Under the pieces are notes generated by a model. The model saw only the letters and a list, made by a program, of their open reading frames with translations. It did no database searches and was not told the origin of the DNA. A stretch of DNA of 64,000 nt from IMG/VR virus record IMGVR_UViG_3300032038_000001, positions 1 through 64,000 of that record; one strand, written 5' to 3'. The translations under genes and the position numbers were made by a program. Positions within the stretch are counted from its first letter, which is position 1. The number at the start of each line of letters is the position of its first letter. The DNA is from a virus. Its lineage: Duplodnaviria > Caudoviricetes. Positions 1-10,440 of this stretch are shown one piece after another.

Positions 1-1
1 C

Positions 2-91
2 TCTGAAACAATGGTTCATAAATCAGATGTTATTGGTGATATACCAGATATTAATGTAGATGAATATGTTGTTAAAACACAAGTTACCTAA
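2..91 (+). CDS. 3' end of an upstream gene (partial), ending in a phage-specific repeated module
   Basis: Frame 2 reads SETMVHKSDVIGDIPDINVDEYVVKTQVT* and is followed by a terminator. It resembles the module seen in ORFs 2392, 5119 and 50921. Confidence 0.7.
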   Translation, partial: SETMVHKSDVIGDIPDINVDEYVVKTQVT

Positions 92-92
92 T

Positions 93-131
93 AAAATAAG
101 AGATATGGATTAAATCCATATCTCTTATTTT
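93..131. terminator. Bidirectional intrinsic terminator
   Basis: Perfect inverted repeat aaaataagagatatggat/atccatatctcttatttt between convergent genes. Confidence 0.85.
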
Positions 132-139
132 TTTATTAT

Positions 140-2347
140 TTATTCATTATCACTAACAGGTTCTACATCAATGGTATCATCAGATAAATTATCAGTTTCA
201 ATACCTGTTGCTTTTATTAATTTTTCAATAAGTTCATTATGTCGTTTAACCTCAAGATAAAGAAGTGCAAGCATATCTCTATCTTTATAGTTTTCAACGT
301 CACCTTTACTATTCTTAATAATCATATCAGGATTAAGTTTTTCAATATCGTCGGCTAAGAAACCAAGCTGAAGATCATCAGAATCTTTAAATTCATATTC
401 AATAGGGTTTATCTTTGTAAATATATCATGATACCTATCAAAATCTAAATCATATCGAATATTCTTCTTGTATTTTCTTGCAGACGATGATGAATAAATT
501 CTATTGTTTGTTGTGTTTACAACAAGTGCACTACCTGTTCCTGCAGTTATACATAAATCAGGAATTAATACAATAGGCTGTCTGAATTCAGTTTTCCACC
601 TAAATGTGACAGTATTATCATCACCACTAGCAAATCCTCCAATGCCTAATGATCTACCACTCATATTTAGGTATCTGGGACGAAGGTCACGATTTATAGC
701 GTCGTTATCATACTCATCGACAGCTATCAATTTTGCCGATTTTTCAGATACACCTGAACCAAAGGCATCATGATAAATAAAACGAAACGTATAAGTACCG
801 CTAGGTAATTGTGATTCATTAGGATTAAGTCCGATACTTCCACCATTAGCATATGATGGCATATCTTCACGTACTTGTATAGGAATTTCTTCCCATGAAT
901 TACTATTCGGTCGTTTTAAATACAATGCTGCAACCGGATAATTATATCTGGTATTATTTATAGTTATTATTGATGCACCACTGTAATTCCAGTTATAAAC
1001 TATTCCAGTTCTTTTTACCTCTCCAGTACTTGCATCAGTAGATCTTGCAATACTTAGATTTAAAGAACCAGATATTCCCTGGTAATTGTAATAATTCATT
1101 TGTGATTCGGGTAATATATTTTTTGTAGTTGTTTGACCACGTTTATTTGCTACAGCAACGCTGACATTAGCTTTTGAAGGAATCGTGTATGAATATTTTT
1201 TCTCAACTGTTCCATTCCACGTACCAGACATTGTAGACATGGTAGTTGTTCCATGAATAAATTTAAAATATGAAATAGCCGATGCATCAGTTGTATTATA
1301 TTTTCTTGCTTCTGCTGTACAATCTATTGTCGTTTTATTAGAAATAACAATAGTCGATAAAGTTCTAGCATTATGTTTAACATATGACGGATTACCAGAT
1401 GATACAGTCCATTCACTATCAATAGGATAATATGCTGTATTTAGTACAGCTGAACCAACGCTAACGACTGGTGCATACTTATCGGGTATTGTAATATATG
1501 ATGTGAATGTTGATGAACCTATTGCATTTTTTCTTTCAGCAGCATCATTTGTATCTCTATACGAAGTTAATGTAACAGTTAACTTCATAGTTTTTTGAGT
1601 AGTAAACTCTTTAAAGAAATTGAATTTTTTCTGTCCTGATGTGTCGCCCTGAACAAACTGAGCGAAGTTGCTAATTCCTGGTTTAAATGATAATCGGCGA
1701 CTTATTCCTGTTGTACTAACAATACTAGCAAGTGTTAAATATCCATACGTATCACTAGGTGACATCTCATCAATATTATTATATTTTACTGTTGTGTTAC
1801 CCAATGTAAAATCAACATTATGTTTTACATCGTTATTTGACTGATTTATATTCCAAACCCATTGATTTTCAATCGACGTTGGACTACTAGAGCTCGGTGA
1901 AATACCTGATGAAAAAGTTGATTTTGTACATACATTTATAACCGGTAAAGTTATATTAAATGAAAATGCCGATTTTAAGTCACATGTGGGATTGCTAACT
2001 TCTAAATGGAATGACTCTAATTTTATAGTCATATCTTTTTTGCCAGTGCTTCCGTGACTTATTGTATAACTCTTTGACCAAATCGTCTTTTTCGTTCCAC
2101 CCTTAGGAATTCTCACTTCATTAGTAAATGTAATAGTTTCTTTACCGGATACATATATAACCATTTTATTATTATTACTAGTCGAATATGTGTCTATGGT
2201 AGTTGAAGTGGCCTTTTGACCTATAAGTTTTACAGTTATATTGGATGTATTGTTTGTAACACTTTGACTATTAACTGTAACTTCTAAATATAACCATAAA
2301 CTACTATTTGTAGTTGCTATTTGTGAAGATGTAAATGTTGTAGCCAT
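140..2347 (-). CDS. Tail fibre/spike protein with C-terminal intramolecular chaperone (peptidase S74-like) domain
   Basis: S/T-rich beta-type body; DUF859-like N-terminus (SQSVTNNTSNITVKL); C-terminal SSARKYKKNI...GFLADDIEKLNPDMI plus a coiled coil. Confidence 0.8.
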   Translation of the reverse strand: MATTFTSSQIATTNSSLWLYLEVTVNSQSVTNNTSNITVKLIGQKATSTTIDTYSTSNNNKMVIYVSGKETITFTNEVRIPKGGTKKTIWSKSYTISHGSTGKKDMTIKLESFHLEVSNPTCDLKSAFSFNITLPVINVCTKSTFSSGISPSSSSPTSIENQWVWNINQSNNDVKHNVDFTLGNTTVKYNNIDEMSPSDTYGYLTLASIVSTTGISRRLSFKPGISNFAQFVQGDTSGQKKFNFFKEFTTQKTMKLTVTLTSYRDTNDAAERKNAIGSSTFTSYITIPDKYAPVVSVGSAVLNTAYYPIDSEWTVSSGNPSYVKHNARTLSTIVISNKTTIDCTAEARKYNTTDASAISYFKFIHGTTTMSTMSGTWNGTVEKKYSYTIPSKANVSVAVANKRGQTTTKNILPESQMNYYNYQGISGSLNLSIARSTDASTGEVKRTGIVYNWNYSGASIITINNTRYNYPVAALYLKRPNSNSWEEIPIQVREDMPSYANGGSIGLNPNESQLPSGTYTFRFIYHDAFGSGVSEKSAKLIAVDEYDNDAINRDLRPRYLNMSGRSLGIGGFASGDDNTVTFRWKTEFRQPIVLIPDLCITAGTGSALVVNTTNNRIYSSSSARKYKKNIRYDLDFDRYHDIFTKINPIEYEFKDSDDLQLGFLADDIEKLNPDMIIKNSKGDVENYKDRDMLALLYLEVKRHNELIEKLIKATGIETDNLSDDTIDVEPVSDNE

Positions 2348-2391
2348 CTTTTAGTATCACTCCTTAAAATAACTTACTTTATAAATGGTGC

Positions 2392-4002
2392 TTATGCTTC
2401 CCAGCCAGATATAGGTCCTAAGAAAGATATACCATGTTCGTCAGTTACTATTTTATAGAACCCTACATCTTTACCTTTTTCACCCCTATTATATAATGCA
2501 CTATCTTGTTTATCCCATTCATCATCTTGGTCTTCTTTTCCCTCAGGTAAATCACCTTTACGGGTGACAATGGGTTTATCAATATATGTTCTATTTCTAT
2601 CTACAATGACTAAATCTAAATTTGTAGACTCATCATCGGGTTGTATATAATTGTCAGAAACGGCTGTTCCAACCTTTCTATGTCTCAGAATTATTTTATC
2701 GTCATTCATTATAACATTTGCATGATTAGCTAAATCATGGATATTGAGTCCAATAGGATTATCCCATGATTGATAATAGTCTACACCTACTTTAGCCCAC
2801 CGTGTAGTTATAAACGGAACATCATCAATAGTCAAATCAGTTATCTCAGACATGCGAATATGACGAGTAGGGTCAAAATCGAACGGTACGACATATGAAT
2901 CAACACTTATTTCACCACAATGAATGTTAAAACGAACTTCGTCAAATAATACAGTGTTGTTAGTAACTAAATCTTGAAGTTCAAGCGTGGTATAACGACG
3001 AATATATTGACCAGCAGTTCTTTCTAATTCGGTTAACCCTGAACCTTCTAAGAACCACTCTGGAATTTTTATAGGGTTATTAATTGTCGGATTGCCGTCA
3101 GCGTCTTCCGGTGCACCAGATTCTGTTGACGAAACTATTTGGATTGCCCTTTCATCACTGCTACTGCATGATATATAAGACGGAATTATTTTTATACAGG
3201 ATTCTGTGTTGTAACCCGATATATCAGAACCGATGTATGTATACTTCAATTCATCATTTATTATTTGCCAGCCTCGATTCATTTGACGTTTAGAGCCATC
3301 CATATCAGGTTGACCATCACCATCGCCGTCTCCATTACCATATCTTATAATATTCTTGCTAGGATAAATAAATGAAATATTTGAAAATAAACGGTTCTTC
3401 CATTTATTAATTTCGTTAGTATTATTTATAATAGTTTCGTTAATATTTGATATATTTATTTCTTCATTAGCAATAGCATTACTAACCTCAGCATCTAATT
3501 CATCCAATCTTTTTTCAAGTTCATTCTTGGATAATGTATAATCTTTTGCTTCTTGAAGTGTGTCACATAATTTTTGATAAATCTTGCTAGCACTCCATGT
3601 AAACTCTTCTGAATATGAGTCTACAACAACATAGTCACCAATACTGAAATTATCAGGATTTGAAACTGCTGCAATAACAGTTCCAATCTTTATCATGGTT
3701 TCTTCATTAAAAAGATCGTCAGCTATATCGTCAGCAACTATTTCTAATGAACCAGGATATGTCTCAACAACCTTTTTATATCCATCAAGTTCACGGTCTT
3801 CTATAACAGAGTTATAAAAAGCTAATATACCTAATTTATTTATTATATTCATCAGTCGATTACCGTACTCGGCAATCATCATGTTAATATTCCCTTCAAG
3901 AGATACATCATCTGCTGTATTCTCAGGATATATAATATTTTTTAAATTTGTACCAGACGTGGTACTTAAAGTTACATGATCATGTACTACTTTACGTGAC
4001 AT
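2392..4002 (-). CDS. Putative tail/baseplate-associated structural protein
   Basis: 536-aa ORF in the tail cluster with a coiled-coil segment and a late promoter at 4041-4052. Confidence 0.5.
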   Translation of the reverse strand: MSRKVVHDHVTLSTTSGTNLKNIIYPENTADDVSLEGNINMMIAEYGNRLMNIINKLGILAFYNSVIEDRELDGYKKVVETYPGSLEIVADDIADDLFNEETMIKIGTVIAAVSNPDNFSIGDYVVVDSYSEEFTWSASKIYQKLCDTLQEAKDYTLSKNELEKRLDELDAEVSNAIANEEINISNINETIINNTNEINKWKNRLFSNISFIYPSKNIIRYGNGDGDGDGQPDMDGSKRQMNRGWQIINDELKYTYIGSDISGYNTESCIKIIPSYISCSSSDERAIQIVSSTESGAPEDADGNPTINNPIKIPEWFLEGSGLTELERTAGQYIRRYTTLELQDLVTNNTVLFDEVRFNIHCGEISVDSYVVPFDFDPTRHIRMSEITDLTIDDVPFITTRWAKVGVDYYQSWDNPIGLNIHDLANHANVIMNDDKIILRHRKVGTAVSDNYIQPDDESTNLDLVIVDRNRTYIDKPIVTRKGDLPEGKEDQDDEWDKQDSALYNRGEKGKDVGFYKIVTDEHGISFLGPISGWEA

Positions 4003-4040
4003 ATTTTACCATCCTTTCTAAAAAAAGAATATATAAGACT

Positions 4041-4052
4041 TATTTTACTGTT
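4041..4052 (-). promoter_or_regulatory. Late promoter AACA-N6-TA
   Basis: Minus strand reads AACA GTAAAA TA upstream of the 2392-4002 gene. Confidence 0.7.
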
Positions 4053-4068
4053 TTTGCTTTGTATATTA

Positions 4069-4108
4069 ATAAGAGATATGATAAGGAAGTCCTTATCATA
4101 TCTCTTAT
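4069..4108 (-). terminator. Intrinsic terminator
   Basis: 18-bp perfect stem directly after the 4114-5073 gene. Confidence 0.8.
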
Positions 4109-4113
4109 CTTAG

Positions 4114-5073
4114 TTATCTCATATACGCATATTCATTTGCCATATCGTTAATTTTGTTTAAATCAAAACTCTCAAGTTTAAGAGCTTTAATTATACTTAA
4201 TTTTGTAAGTTCCTTAACTGATTCTACAAAAGCGAGTTCCTCAGCAGTTGCATAATGCGTATCTTCAGTGGTAGGCTCAGGAAGACCGAACTCTTCAAGA
4301 GTATTATAAATGTACTCCTGTTCAAGATTTCCAGACTCCTGAATCTTGCGATATTTTTCAAGATTACCAATCATAATACCTTGGAACAATGTAGGTTGAA
4401 AATCTCTATTTTCTGTAAACCCACGCAGTTCAGCAGCTTCTGCAACTTGTTCGGGTGTAGTTACAGTCATATCATTCTTGAGCTCCTCTTCAAGAGCTTT
4501 TCTCTTATTTTCGGCATCTTTAGCTCTTTTAATTTCTGAAATGGCAGTAGTCTTAACATTATCACGAATAGCATTCGCAACATCACCCATGTTAAGACCA
4601 TCAGCCATAACATCTATCTTCTTTTGTGTATCGTCATTAGACCTAAAGACTAATTCATCAGCGTCATAGTCTTCAAGATTCATAGCTTTTTTATTATAGT
4701 CATCAGTAACTATCTTATCGGTTTCATCCATTATTTTCTTCGCAGCTTTACTACCACGTTTTATACCTTCATGAACATAATATGTCATTCCTTTAGGGCA
4801 ACGACTATTAATAAAATCTTTCATTTCAGCATCAAGGTCTTCACCGTGGGCTACTTTATAGTCATTATTTAACGGAAGCGCATCCTTATAAATCTTAGAA
4901 AATACCATATCAAGGCATACACCTTTAGCATCATCCTGATTTCTATTTAAACATCCGAGTTTATAATCTTCAGAGTTTTTAAATGCAGCATCCTTAGCCT
5001 CTTGATCTCTGGTTTCTTTAACCTTATTCATGAAATTAATAACTCGTTGTTCTCTATCTGTAATCGATTCCAT
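4114..5073 (-). CDS. Hypothetical, probably virion structural protein
   Basis: 319-aa helical ORF with SD aaggag and a late promoter at 5105-5116. Confidence 0.5.
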   Translation of the reverse strand: MESITDREQRVINFMNKVKETRDQEAKDAAFKNSEDYKLGCLNRNQDDAKGVCLDMVFSKIYKDALPLNNDYKVAHGEDLDAEMKDFINSRCPKGMTYYVHEGIKRGSKAAKKIMDETDKIVTDDYNKKAMNLEDYDADELVFRSNDDTQKKIDVMADGLNMGDVANAIRDNVKTTAISEIKRAKDAENKRKALEEELKNDMTVTTPEQVAEAAELRGFTENRDFQPTLFQGIMIGNLEKYRKIQESGNLEQEYIYNTLEEFGLPEPTTEDTHYATAEELAFVESVKELTKLSIIKALKLESFDLNKINDMANEYAYMR

Positions 5074-5118
5074 AATATCACTCCTTTAATAAAAGTTATA
5101 GATTTATGATATTGTTTT

Positions 5119-8100
5119 TTATGATGAAAAATACTCGTTAATTATAATATCTTCAGTTTCAATAACTAAAAACTCTGGTACATATTCTCGTCTTTCAGAT
5201 ACACTGAGATCTGTTAAATCAGTAGTATATGTTTTCACTGCTTGATAGTTTGCATCATAATGATTAATATTTTTGAACCTAATGTGGTCAACATATGCAA
5301 AATTAGATTCAATCTTTCTCATTAAATTAGATATATAAAGATTATTTACACCTTGTGAATTGATAGTTTCTATTTCATTCTTTATAAATTCTTTAACACG
5401 TGGGGTCGCTGATAATAAATCAGTACCAGGAGTATACCATATATCAAATGTAAGTAACAGATTTACAGTATCAAGGCATTCACCATCTTCACCAATTGTG
5501 AAGTTTTTACTCCTACCGTATGTGTTATAGAACTTGATATCAAATGATGTTTCATTTCTAAGTTTAGTATTTATTATATCTATAAGATTTTCATATTGAG
5601 CGAGGAATGATGACATAAAGTAGTCACGTTTTTCATCATCGAGAACTTCATTCCATCTTATAAACGGAATATTATTGATATTAACGTCCATAATATCATT
5701 AATAAATTCATATGTAATATCCCCATGTTCATCGACAACTTTTTTGTTTAATGTATAATCTTTGAATATAAGGTTTGCTCTTACATTATTAAGTGGTTTT
5801 AAAAATGTTAGTGGGTCACTAGCAGTCTTATATTCATTTGTAATGAAGTACCTTTCAATATCCGTGTCAAATAAGGTTGGATCTACAATACTATTTCCAT
5901 ATAATATATCCTTTAATTTAACACTTATATCCTTATCATAATCATATAATGGGTCTACATTAATATCAACTATTTCAAGTTTCTTTGTATTCTCATTATA
6001 TTTTCTACGATATGCTGTATATATAGTGCAGACTACATCTTCCATTGGTATAAGTATTTCACTGTTAGACGAAAGATTTATTACTTGTGACCATTTACGA
6101 ATTATATTATCATTAACCATCTCTGTTATAATATCAATACTGTATTCAATTGGGTCACCAACATCATCAGTATATATAATATCATTTTCATCATAATGAT
6201 AATACTTGGTAAAATCTTTATTATCCACTTTATAGTAATCTTTTGATAAAGTGATATTTACATATACATACCCTGTTTCAGGTGTTTCTACAGTAGCACC
6301 TCTACCTTTCATATTAGGTAAATCAACAAGAACATCAGATTCATGTATCATTGTATTAGGATCGAAAGGTCTAAATTTCTCTTTATCAATCTTATCTTCA
6401 CCATAGCGTTCTATAGCTTCATCAATTGTATTTGGATAATTATTCTCAACAACTAAAAGTGCGTGTATAGCTGTATAAAAACATTGTTGATATACTAATC
6501 TTCTATAAACACTGTTATCAAGAATTCTTAATCTACCATCAGTTGTAATATGGTCATCTGTGAAGAAATCAGATTTAAATTCAAATGCCCCTTCTTCTAC
6601 AGAATCTGATGATTCGGTTGGATATAACTCAATATAGCACACATTCTTTTTACCATCGCTGATTGCAACGAATACACGTAAATCGTTATTCATTGTATTA
6701 TACGGATTATCAAATTCATATTCAACTTCATCATCACCATAAGGATTTTCTTTAACAATTGCATTTATAATAGGATAATCAGTGCTTATTGTGGTAGATG
6801 GTAAGAGTTTTGTTGATAATGTATATTTTTGATCTTTGGTAAACTCTCGTCTTAATTTCAGTTGATAAAGAATAAATTGAATATATGAGTCATCATATTT
6901 ATAAGTATAATCAACAGTTGATATTTGATTAATATAAGTCATATACATGCTAACAAGATTGGGATTTTTCTTAAACCTTATAAGGAATGGATTTACATAA
7001 AGAAATTTATTATTACTTTTAGCAGGCGTATGGTCACAATCATCACACTGGCACATACAACCATTAGTTGAATCATGAGGATTATCATATTTAGATAAAG
7101 ATAATAATTTTGTTTCAGTATCATAGTCAAATATTGTTACCTTATCCTTATAACCTTTACGTTTTTTATATTCAGCAAATGATGCTTGACGATCTCTGAG
7201 ATAATCAGGAAGATCTGATGGGTCATAATCTTCATCAATATAAGGCACATTATGATTTTTCTTTTCTACTAAATATTCCTGATACCATTGCTCATTTTGT
7301 ACTTTCAATTCATCATCTCTGAAGAAATCAGCATATCCAAACTTTTCTGAATCTACTGTAAAAAGTGTTCCTGGATGAATCATGTAAATGGTTTTCTCAG
7401 GGTTTTCCATATCACTTAAATTCAAATCCAATGATAATGTATTTGTCTTATAGATATATTCTGCATTTTTCATAATTATGAATGCGGAATATATTCTTTC
7501 ATATATATCATCACGTTTTTTAATAAACATAATTTCACTATTGCTATATAACGATTTATAATTATAAAAATACTCCTGAAGGTCAGCATCAGTAGTTAAA
7601 GCTGTTGCTGTTCTATAAGACATAACTGTCAAAGATTGAAGTTCATCAAGAGATAACTGATCTCTACCACCAGTCGATGCTGTTAATGGTTTTGCTGCTG
7701 TAAGATACGGAGTAGTATAAGTATACCTTTCATCATTGGTGATGACAGCTATTTCATTACCAGTATAAACATCAAAATTACCTTCAGCACCCAATGTTGT
7801 ATATGTGGTTATTTCGAGTGTGCTTCCATATTCCGGGGTAAAGTATTCATCTTTTGTATTGAATGTAATCCTTAATGTGTTTTCATCTTTTAACTGATAA
7901 TAACAAAAAGGCTCTTCAATCGGCTGAGAATATACAACTAAAGATTGTAATTGTTTATATCCACTATCATCTTCCGAAGATGTTTTATATCTAATATCAA
8001 ATCCTGCGAGCTTACCATCAAACGGTACGTCAATTATTGGATAATTGATACTATTTGTATTAACTATATCCTCGGTAATAATATTTCTCACACACTGATG

Positions 8101-8727
8101 GCATCTTAATTCAAGTGCTATATATCCATCAGCAGAACGTCGTATCTTTATATAAGGGTCATTATTAGCATTAGATGCAGACATAGTGCTCTTAAAGTTT
8201 TCAGGAATAACATATGATGCTGAAAAAATATAATCTTCAGTTTTATCATTAAGTATTTTTTTGACAATACGTATTTCTACATCATAGTCAATAACAAACG
8301 GAATATTTTCTACACTTATTATAGTATTTTTATCAATAAAAAATGAGTATATTCCAGTTTCTTTATCATAATTATTAATCATATTTTTTATAATTGCTTC
8401 TTCTTCTAATACCACTAGAAAATTACAAGACGCAGCAGATGAAAATGCATTTGAAAGTTGGAATATAGCAGCATGAGAATATAAACTTTCGGGTATCTGT
8501 GCTCTATTAGGGAATGTCTCTCTAAATAATACAGTTGCTGTATTGAATAAGTCTTCAGATATATTTGAAACCTGTTCTGTTGTAAATCCAACCATTCCGA
8601 CAGACCTCAAAGATACATCTATATTAGAAAAATACTTTTCAATTAAGTTTTCTTCAGTAAATTTTTTTACTGAAAAATTATCTATATAACTTCGGTCTAT
8701 GACAATACGGTTTTTATCGTTTCCCAA
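5119..8727 (-). CDS. Baseplate wedge protein (T4 gp6-like, jumbo-phage type)
   Basis: 1202 aa with motifs E.FPNRAQ, TTLGAEGNF and GGRDQLSLDEL typical of wedge proteins; TTG start with SD. Confidence 0.75.
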   Translation of the reverse strand: MGNDKNRIVIDRSYIDNFSVKKFTEENLIEKYFSNIDVSLRSVGMVGFTTEQVSNISEDLFNTATVLFRETFPNRAQIPESLYSHAAIFQLSNAFSSAASCNFLVVLEEEAIIKNMINNYDKETGIYSFFIDKNTIISVENIPFVIDYDVEIRIVKKILNDKTEDYIFSASYVIPENFKSTMSASNANNDPYIKIRRSADGYIALELRCHQCVRNIITEDIVNTNSINYPIIDVPFDGKLAGFDIRYKTSSEDDSGYKQLQSLVVYSQPIEEPFCYYQLKDENTLRITFNTKDEYFTPEYGSTLEITTYTTLGAEGNFDVYTGNEIAVITNDERYTYTTPYLTAAKPLTASTGGRDQLSLDELQSLTVMSYRTATALTTDADLQEYFYNYKSLYSNSEIMFIKKRDDIYERIYSAFIIMKNAEYIYKTNTLSLDLNLSDMENPEKTIYMIHPGTLFTVDSEKFGYADFFRDDELKVQNEQWYQEYLVEKKNHNVPYIDEDYDPSDLPDYLRDRQASFAEYKKRKGYKDKVTIFDYDTETKLLSLSKYDNPHDSTNGCMCQCDDCDHTPAKSNNKFLYVNPFLIRFKKNPNLVSMYMTYINQISTVDYTYKYDDSYIQFILYQLKLRREFTKDQKYTLSTKLLPSTTISTDYPIINAIVKENPYGDDEVEYEFDNPYNTMNNDLRVFVAISDGKKNVCYIELYPTESSDSVEEGAFEFKSDFFTDDHITTDGRLRILDNSVYRRLVYQQCFYTAIHALLVVENNYPNTIDEAIERYGEDKIDKEKFRPFDPNTMIHESDVLVDLPNMKGRGATVETPETGYVYVNITLSKDYYKVDNKDFTKYYHYDENDIIYTDDVGDPIEYSIDIITEMVNDNIIRKWSQVINLSSNSEILIPMEDVVCTIYTAYRRKYNENTKKLEIVDINVDPLYDYDKDISVKLKDILYGNSIVDPTLFDTDIERYFITNEYKTASDPLTFLKPLNNVRANLIFKDYTLNKKVVDEHGDITYEFINDIMDVNINNIPFIRWNEVLDDEKRDYFMSSFLAQYENLIDIINTKLRNETSFDIKFYNTYGRSKNFTIGEDGECLDTVNLLLTFDIWYTPGTDLLSATPRVKEFIKNEIETINSQGVNNLYISNLMRKIESNFAYVDHIRFKNINHYDANYQAVKTYTTDLTDLSVSERREYVPEFLVIETEDIIINEYFSS

Positions 8728-8752
8728 TATAAGTCTCTCCTTCCATATTTAT

Positions 8753-10033
8753 TTAGACAAAACTCGGTAATTGTTTTTTCTTAAATCTGAGTTTATATAC
8801 AACTTCGTTAGAGCCGTCGGTTGATTCTGATTCAACATATGGAACACCAACCCAACTCTGACCAACATGACCCAGTTTCTTATCAAAAACCGGTACATAA
8901 TCTAAGTCAGAAGAAATATTTGCGTTATGATTAAATTCTATAAAAATGGATGGGTCAAACGTTTTTCTAAATGAATATTTATAAGTTACACTAAATTTAG
9001 GTGCAAATATAGGTGATTCTCTTGTCCATGATAAAGAGTCTACTGATATATTAGTTGGAAATAGTCCGTAATACTTTTCCCAGTAAATTATGCTTTCGCC
9101 ATCCTCGGCAGTTAAAATGTAATATACGCCACCAGCATAGTCAAGTATTTTATCAATTATATCAGATGCCTTAGGAAGTATAGTTCCTCTATAACACCCA
9201 CTTATATATTCAATCCATAATTTATGAAGTTGATATATATGTAAAGATCTATCATCTTGAAAATCAATTGTCATTTGACTTGCCGTTTGAGACTCTATAT
9301 TATTTTTACCATATGCTATTTGATGACCTGTGTATGTTTTTCCATAAGTACCATCAGCTAAAAATTCTTCATTTACATTAAAATTTGTTACTTTATTAGA
9401 CAGTGACAACATAAATGTGTCTCTATTTAGTTGACATAACTCATTTAATAGAGATGGAGAATTACGCAAAGCATTAACAAACATTTGATTGTTTGCAAGT
9501 CCACTACTACTCGATAGCGTCGATTTAGTGTCAAGAATGTTACATTTAGGTTTAATAAATATAATGTGACCAAATCCACGAGATAACATATCATCAACAG
9601 TTTGTACTTTAAATCTATTATAAAATTCAGTACTTTTATCCCATTGCCATGTATCAGATTTATATGGGGTATCGTATATATTAAGAGTCTTATGCAACTT
9701 TCTTAAATCATATTCGGAGAATTCAATTTTTGGTGAAATTTGCATAGATTTTAAATCAGAGTTATATTCTGTTTCTCTGTGATTGTTTATCATTTCAGAA
9801 AAAAAACTGCGGTCAAATATAGAGGAACTTCTCGTTTCCTCTTTTAAAACAGTACTTACTGTTTGTGGAGTTTTTTGTTTTTGATATTTATCATTATAGA
9901 ATTCTTTTTCTGAATTTGATAATTCATAATTGAACGCATTTGAGTGATCATTATTATTTGAATCTTTCCATGAAGAGGATGATACCAATCCTGTATTTCC
10001 TGATGAGTTAATATAAGCAATTTTCTTTGCCAT
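8753..10033 (-). CDS. Baseplate/tail-tube-fold structural protein
   Basis: LHKLWIEYI...YYILTAEDGESIIYWEKYYGLFPTNI...FSVTYKY resembles the gp19/gp48/gp54 tube fold; adjacent to the wedge gene; late promoter at 10071-10082. Confidence 0.6.
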   Translation of the reverse strand: MAKKIAYINSSGNTGLVSSSSWKDSNNNDHSNAFNYELSNSEKEFYNDKYQKQKTPQTVSTVLKEETRSSSIFDRSFFSEMINNHRETEYNSDLKSMQISPKIEFSEYDLRKLHKTLNIYDTPYKSDTWQWDKSTEFYNRFKVQTVDDMLSRGFGHIIFIKPKCNILDTKSTLSSSSGLANNQMFVNALRNSPSLLNELCQLNRDTFMLSLSNKVTNFNVNEEFLADGTYGKTYTGHQIAYGKNNIESQTASQMTIDFQDDRSLHIYQLHKLWIEYISGCYRGTILPKASDIIDKILDYAGGVYYILTAEDGESIIYWEKYYGLFPTNISVDSLSWTRESPIFAPKFSVTYKYSFRKTFDPSIFIEFNHNANISSDLDYVPVFDKKLGHVGQSWVGVPYVESESTDGSNEVVYKLRFKKKQLPSFV

Positions 10034-10147
10034 ATAAAAGGCAACCTCCCCTCTTATATTTTTAATAGCTTATGTTTATGTTTTTCCAAGGTATATTTAC
10101 TAGATGTTTATACATTATTTTTTATATAATGAAAGGAGGTCATTATT

Positions 10148-10372
10148 ATGGCCAAAGAAGTATTGATTGAAACTGCGATAGCTGCTATCGCAAAGTTATG
10201 TGAATCAGAATCAGTTCAGAAAGTTATATGTGGAACTTATTCTGATGGAACTCCAAAGTCATTACCAGATGCCATATCTGGTGAAACCATCTCTCCGGGA
10301 GATAAAGCAAAAATAGAAAAGAAGAAGAAAAAGAAAAAGAAGAAAAAGAAGAGAGCAAAACTTAAACTATAA
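10148..10372 (+). CDS. Small protein with poly-lysine C-terminus
   Basis: Strong SD aaggagg; early promoter TATACATTAT at 10109-10118; terminator at 10398-10438. Confidence 0.75.
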   Translation: MAKEVLIETAIAAIAKLCESESVQKVICGTYSDGTPKSLPDAISGETISPGDKAKIEKKKKKKKKKKKRAKLKL

Positions 10373-10440
10373 ATAGTTAAACTCTCTAGTACACATGAAA
10401 GAAGATATGAATATAATTATTATATTCATATCTTCTTTTT